Source: Alphaproteobacteria bacterium
GTDB lineage: Bacteria > Pseudomonadota > Alphaproteobacteria > MPNO01
Assembly: GCA_965248835.1 (NCBI GenBank)
Contig: CBDFLJ010000002.1
Location: forward strand, 1,568,001-1,632,000
DNA: 64,000 nucleotides
Direction: 5' to 3'
Shown here: piece by piece, positions 56,789 to 64,000 of the stretch
Layout: every line of letters begins with the position of its first letter
Numbering within the stretch: position 1 is the stretch's first letter
Notes under the pieces: model-generated
What the model was told of the DNA's origin: nothing
Seen by the model: only the letters and a program-made list of their open reading frames with translations
The model's database searches: none
Made by a program: the position numbers and the translations under genes

Positions 56789-59173
56789 TTGTCGACCACC
56801 GCCCCGGTGACGCCCTTCGATGGACCGAACAGCTATGTCGGGCGCGTGCTCACGCGTCCCGGGGCGCGGCGCGCCGTGGCCGGCCGCGGCCGGTATACCG
56901 ACGACATCCAGCTTCCGAGGACGGCGCATGCGGCCTTCGTGCGCTGTCCATACGGCCGGGCACGGATCGTCTCGATCGAGACCGGCGCGGCACGGGCCGC
57001 ACCGGGCGTGGTCGCGGTGATGACCGGTGCGGAGCTGGCCGAGATCTGCCCGCCCTGGAGCGGGCTGCTGACCAGCTTCGAGGGCATGAAGGCCGCAACC
57101 CAGCATGCGCTTGCGGTCGACCAGGCGGTCTGGCAGGGCGAGCAGGCGGTGATCGTGGTCGCCCAGACCCGCGCCCAGGCCGAGGATGGGGCCGAACGCG
57201 TCGCCATCGAATGGCAGGAGCTGCCGGTCGCGATCGACAAGGAGACCGCGCTGGCGGCCGGAACAGCCCCCGTCCACCCCGATCTCGCCGACAATCTGGC
57301 TTGGCGGCGCGATATCGACAACGGCGATGTCGATGCCGCGATGGAAGCGGCCGATGTGGTCGTTGAGGAAACCTACACGTTCGGCCGGCACACCGCGGTC
57401 AGCCTGGAGCCGCGCGCCATCCTCGCCGACTTCGAACCGGGGACCGGGAAGCTCACGCTCTACACCTCGAGCCAGGTCCCGCATATGATCAAGACCGTGT
57501 TCGCACGCCACCTTCCGGTGGCCGAGCACAACATAAGGGTGGTCGCGCCCGATGTCGGCGGCTCGTTCGGGCTCAAGATCCACACCTACGGCGATGAGGT
57601 CGCGACCTGTGCGCTCGCCATCCGGCTCAAGCGGCCGGTCAAGTTCATCGCCGACCGGCTGGAATCCTTCGTCACCGATATCCACGCGCGCGAGCACCGC
57701 ATCGTACTCAGGATGGGCCTGACCGCCGACGGCAGGATCACCGCGCTGGACATGGACGACCTCTGCGGTGTCGGAGCCTATTCGCAATACCCGCGCACCT
57801 CGGTCTTCGAGGCGAACCAGGTGCTCAACATCACCGCCGGCCCATACGCCCATGAGAACTACCGCGCGGTGGCCCGCATCGTCTATCTAAACGCAGTGCC
57901 GACATCGCAGTACCGGGGGGTCGGGCACCCGATCGGCATCTCCGCGGGCGAGGCACTGCTCGACCTCGCAGCGGCAAGGCTCGGGATCGACCCCATCGAG
58001 ATCCGCCGCCGCAACCTGATGCCCGACGACGGCTATCCGCGCAGGACCGCCTCGGGCGTCCACGTCCAGGACCTGTCGCATCAGGCTTGCCTGGAGCGGC
58101 TGGTCGCGCGCATGGGATATGACGGGCTGCGCGCCGAGCAGGCGGCGCTGCGCGAAGACGGCGTCTACCGCGGCATCGGCATCGCGGCGTTCATCAAGGG
58201 GACCGCGCCCGGGCCGGAAGGCTACTACGGTGCCGGCCGGGCCCCGATCGCTTCGCAGGATGCGTGCACCATGAGCCTCGAGCCCTCCGGCGGCATCCTG
58301 TGCGCGGTCGGCGTGACCGAGCAGGGGCAAGGGGCGGATGCCGTCATGCGCCAGATCGCGGCGACCGCAGTGGGCGTGCCGATCGAGCACGTCCGGGTGA
58401 TCTCCGGCGATACCGACGCGGTGCCCTATGGCGGCGGCACCTATGCCAGCCGGGCGACGGCAATCGGCGGCGAGGCGACTTACCTTGCCGGGCGCGCGTT
58501 GCGGGCGGAGATCCTGCGGCTGGGGGGCGCGCTGCTGCAGTCCGCGCCGGAGACGCTCGATATCGTCTCGGGAAAGGTGGTCGATGCCGGATCGGATGCG
58601 GCCCGGATCCCGCTGGCCGAGATCGGGCGGATCGGCCATTTCCAGGTGGGCGAGCTGCCCAACGATGTCCAGCCGGAGCTCACCCAGACCCGGCACTTCC
58701 GCCTGCGCGAGAAGATCTACATCTTCACCAACGGCATCCACGGCGCCCATGTCGAAGTCGACATGGAGACCGGGTTCGTCACGCTGCTCGACCACTGGGT
58801 GGTCGAGGATTGCGGCCGGGTGATCAACCCCATGCTGGCCGACGAGCAGGTGCGCGGCGGCGTGATCCAGGGCATCGGCGGCGGGCTCTACGAGCACTGC
58901 ATCTACAGCGACAGCGGCCAGCTAATGAACGGCACCATGGTCGACTACCTGACGCCGATGGCCTTCGAGATGCCCGACATAGACGTCACCCACATCGAGA
59001 CGCCCACCGCGGAGTCCGAACTCGGCGCCAAGGGGATCGGCGAGTCCGGCGTCGGCGGTGCACCTTCGGCGGTGATGAACGCCGTCAACGACGCCCTGCT
59101 GCCTTTCCAGGCCCGGATCACCGCACACCCGATCACCCCGGAATCGATCCTCGCCGCGCTTGGCAAGGTCTGA
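56789..59173 (+). CDS. Xanthine dehydrogenase family Mo large subunit (orphan, YRGVGHP loop)
   Basis: DVGGSFGLK, YRGVGHP, EQGQG, GTYASR, AKGIGE; AGGAG RBS before TTG. Confidence 0.9.
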   Translation: MSTTAPVTPFDGPNSYVGRVLTRPGARRAVAGRGRYTDDIQLPRTAHAAFVRCPYGRARIVSIETGAARAAPGVVAVMTGAELAEICPPWSGLLTSFEGMKAATQHALAVDQAVWQGEQAVIVVAQTRAQAEDGAERVAIEWQELPVAIDKETALAAGTAPVHPDLADNLAWRRDIDNGDVDAAMEAADVVVEETYTFGRHTAVSLEPRAILADFEPGTGKLTLYTSSQVPHMIKTVFARHLPVAEHNIRVVAPDVGGSFGLKIHTYGDEVATCALAIRLKRPVKFIADRLESFVTDIHAREHRIVLRMGLTADGRITALDMDDLCGVGAYSQYPRTSVFEANQVLNITAGPYAHENYRAVARIVYLNAVPTSQYRGVGHPIGISAGEALLDLAAARLGIDPIEIRRRNLMPDDGYPRRTASGVHVQDLSHQACLERLVARMGYDGLRAEQAALREDGVYRGIGIAAFIKGTAPGPEGYYGAGRAPIASQDACTMSLEPSGGILCAVGVTEQGQGADAVMRQIAATAVGVPIEHVRVISGDTDAVPYGGGTYASRATAIGGEATYLAGRALRAEILRLGGALLQSAPETLDIVSGKVVDAGSDAARIPLAEIGRIGHFQVGELPNDVQPELTQTRHFRLREKIYIFTNGIHGAHVEVDMETGFVTLLDHWVVEDCGRVINPMLADEQVRGGVIQGIGGGLYEHCIYSDSGQLMNGTMVDYLTPMAFEMPDIDVTHIETPTAESELGAKGIGESGVGGAPSAVMNAVNDALLPFQARITAHPITPESILAALGKV

Positions 59174-59227
59174 CCACGGACGGTCGGTCGGGGTAAGATT
59201 GGGGCCGAAAAAGCGGGAGGGACTGTG

Positions 59228-59863
59228 ATGTCGGTTCGGTTCGAAAAGGTGATGCCGCCCAAGACCGGGCTCGCGGTGGAGGTCGCCCAAGGCCAGAAGC
59301 TGCGGGTCATCGATCTCGAAGGCCAACAGGTCGTCGACATGGCCGTCTTCAACCGCGAGAACCTGCGCGAGAAACTGTCGACGTCCTACTCACGCACCCG
59401 CTATACCCCCGAGCCTGGCCAGGACTATGTGCCGCGCGACAAGCTGCTCCAGGGCGACACGCTGATGTCGACGATCTGCCAGCCGATGATGCGCATCCTC
59501 GAGGAGACGCCCGAGCCCAAGGGCGTTCACGACGTCCACAACCGGATGTGCTGCCGGTTCCTATACGAATCCCACGGCATCGGCCCGATCGACGGCTGCC
59601 ACGAGATCATTGCCAAGGCCGTCGCGCCCTACGGCCTGCTGCCGGAGGACATCCCCGACACGATGGACCTGTTCATGAACTATCACCACGACTGCGCGCA
59701 GGGCCGTTGGGTGATCGGCCTGCCGGTCTCCAAGCCCGGCGACTATATCGAGTTCGAGGCGCTGATGGACTGCCTGGTCGGGCTGTCGAACTGTCCGATG
59801 GACGTGCTCGCCCCGTGCAACGCCTACAACTGCACCCCGGTCAAGGTCGAGATCAGGGGCTGA
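59228..59863 (+). CDS. DUF1989/urea carboxylase-associated family protein
   Basis: LRVIDLEG.QVVD, HD....C, C.E, DLFMN, SKPGDYIEFEA.MDCLVGLSNCP.D...CN. Confidence 0.88.
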   Translation: MSVRFEKVMPPKTGLAVEVAQGQKLRVIDLEGQQVVDMAVFNRENLREKLSTSYSRTRYTPEPGQDYVPRDKLLQGDTLMSTICQPMMRILEETPEPKGVHDVHNRMCCRFLYESHGIGPIDGCHEIIAKAVAPYGLLPEDIPDTMDLFMNYHHDCAQGRWVIGLPVSKPGDYIEFEALMDCLVGLSNCPMDVLAPCNAYNCTPVKVEIRG

Positions 59864-59876
59864 GCGTTCAGCGCGT

Positions 59877-60701
59877 TCAGCGGGGCACCTCGCCCCGGAC
59901 GGCAAACCGCCGCAGGATGCGCGGCTCGGACGGATCGAAGTCGGTCCGTCCGTGGAGCAGGCAGCGGTTGTCCCAGATCAACAGGTCGCCGGTCTGCCAG
60001 GGGTGGGTGTAGATGTAGCGCTCGTCCTCGATGCGCTCGAACAGCTCATCGAGGATCTCGCGCGCCTCGTCCTCGTCGATGTCGACCAGTTCCTGGGTCA
60101 TCAGCCGGTTGACGTAGATCGACCGCTTGCCGGTCTCGGGGTGGTAGCGCACGACCGGGTGGGCATGGTGCGGCGCATCGGGCTTCCAGTCCTCGAACTT
60201 CTTGCAGCTATTCGGCGTGAAATAGTCGTAGTAGTTGACGCCCTTGATACCCTCGGTCCGCTGCTTGGTCGCCTCGGGCAAGTCCTCGTAGGCCGCGATG
60301 CAGTCCGAAAACCTGGTGTGGCCGCCGCTCCCGGGGGTCGCGATGCCGTAGAGGCTGGTGCATTTGCCGGGCGTATCGAAATAGCACTGGTCGGAATGCA
60401 GCCACATGTCGCCATTCGGCAGCACGCCGTCCTCGCGGACGTTGGAGACGTGCATCATGCCGACGATCTCCTTGGACTCCACGTCGACCACCGTGCGCTC
60501 GGCCTGAATCTCGCCATAGACCTGGCAATAGCGCATGTGCTCCAGGTCGGTTAAGCCCTCCTGGCGGACCAGCACGACGTGACAGTCGAGCAGCGCTTGG
60601 CGCAGTGTCGCAGCGTCGTTCTCGACGATCGGCTTGCGCAGGTCGAGCCCGATGATCTCGACACCCATGACTTCGGACAGCGGCTCCAGCGTCAGCGACA
60701 T
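59877..60701 (-). CDS. TauD/TfdA family 2OG-dependent dioxygenase
   Basis: G.EI.GLDL, LHSD, GGHTRF, HPVVRYHPETG, GDLLIWDNRCLLHGR. Confidence 0.92.
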   Translation of the reverse strand: MSLTLEPLSEVMGVEIIGLDLRKPIVENDAATLRQALLDCHVVLVRQEGLTDLEHMRYCQVYGEIQAERTVVDVESKEIVGMMHVSNVREDGVLPNGDMWLHSDQCYFDTPGKCTSLYGIATPGSGGHTRFSDCIAAYEDLPEATKQRTEGIKGVNYYDYFTPNSCKKFEDWKPDAPHHAHPVVRYHPETGKRSIYVNRLMTQELVDIDEDEAREILDELFERIEDERYIYTHPWQTGDLLIWDNRCLLHGRTDFDPSEPRILRRFAVRGEVPR

Positions 60702-60721
60702 AACATGGTCTCCCAAGTTCG

Positions 60722-63061
<2,340 letters not shown>

Positions 63062-63094
63062 GGCGATCCTGTCCTTGCTGGTCCTTGTTGGACG

Positions 63095-63802
63095 CTATTC
63101 GGCGGCATCCTCGTTGCGGCGCGACGAGGCTTCGAGCCGCGCGAGGAGCTCGTCTGTCGACTGGACGTCGCCGAAGAAGAGATAGAAGTTGCCGAGTGTT
63201 GCGGCATGCTCCTCGTCGGTCATGGTCGCGCAGCCGTCCGAGACCATCAGCGAGCGGTAGTTGAGCATCATCGCATCGCGCGCGGTGGATTCGCAGCACA
63301 CGTTGGTGGCGACCCCGGTGACGATGATGGTCTCGATCTCGTTGTCGCGCAGCACGTTCTCGATGTCGGACGAGCCCTGGATGAAGGCGCTGTAGCGCCG
63401 CTTGGTCACCCGGTGATCCTCGGCGCGGACATCGAGCGCGGGCCAGAGCTGGAAGGCGCGGCTGTCGCGCTGCATGCCCTCGAGCCGAACCTTCTGCTTG
63501 TCTTCGGTGAAGCGCTCGTGGGCCACCGACCAGCTCTTGAGCGTCTCGTAGCCGGCGAGGTTCTGGATCCACACCACGATGCCGCCGGCATCGCGAACCG
63601 CCTGGGCAAGACGGTTGACGTTGGGCACGATCTCCTGGGCGATGGGCGCCGCGCCGAGCTGACCTTCCTCCATGAAGTAGATCTGCATGTCGACGACAAC
63701 CAGCGCGGTCCTGGGTCCGTCAAAGGACTCGCAGGTGTGCGGCCGCCCTTGGCGCTCGACCATCCGGTCGGTGTATTCCTGTGGCATCTCGAAGTTGTGC
63801 AT
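63095..63802 (-). CDS. Isochorismatase-like cysteine hydrolase (RutB/NicF family)
   Basis: TALVVVDMQ, KRRYSAF, GVATNVCCESTARDA; GGAGG RBS. Confidence 0.9.
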   Translation of the reverse strand: MHNFEMPQEYTDRMVERQGRPHTCESFDGPRTALVVVDMQIYFMEEGQLGAAPIAQEIVPNVNRLAQAVRDAGGIVVWIQNLAGYETLKSWSVAHERFTEDKQKVRLEGMQRDSRAFQLWPALDVRAEDHRVTKRRYSAFIQGSSDIENVLRDNEIETIIVTGVATNVCCESTARDAMMLNYRSLMVSDGCATMTDEEHAATLGNFYLFFGDVQSTDELLARLEASSRRNEDAAE

Positions 63803-64000
63803 TGCCGCCTCCACGGTTTGGAGGCCGAACTATAAGGCGCGCCCGGTTGGCCGGCAATCGCGCCCGATTTTCGGTCCGCCATGGGCGGTCTTGCAAAAAT
63901 GGTGGTTTCTGCCACGATGATGCTCGATCTCCAACCGGCCGGCGCATCCGCCCCCTGGGCGGTTGGCGACCGGGTTGCAACCGGCTTCAATTGCCGAAAA

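Overview
High-GC, Alphaproteobacteria-like, gene-dense catabolic region of about 55 CDS with no rRNA, tRNA or CRISPR array. The core (20-32.7 kb) is a nicotinate-type module: an FAD subunit, a fused 2Fe-2S/Mo hydroxylase and 6-hydroxynicotinate reductase (hnr), divergent from korAB and a ferredoxin-NADP reductase, then a NicR-like MarR regulator, a family III CoA-transferase and gcdH. A near-palindromic motif (GTTCGTRTACAWAC) occurs upstream of both the hydroxylase operon and the regulator. The flanks carry three UbiD decarboxylases (no ubiX in the window), a lone nadC, two amidohydrolase-2 decarboxylase-like genes, two orphan Mo large subunits, Rieske, TauD, IPNS-like, LigB-LigA fusion and HmgA-like oxygenases, three TRAP/TAXI transporters and zur-znuCB/znuA with a Zur box. 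Decay is visible: IS630/IS5-like remnants, a dead ABC ATPase, two frameshifted genes and repeated 9-15 bp tandem duplications. All calls come from motif recognition only, and substrate assignments are inference.
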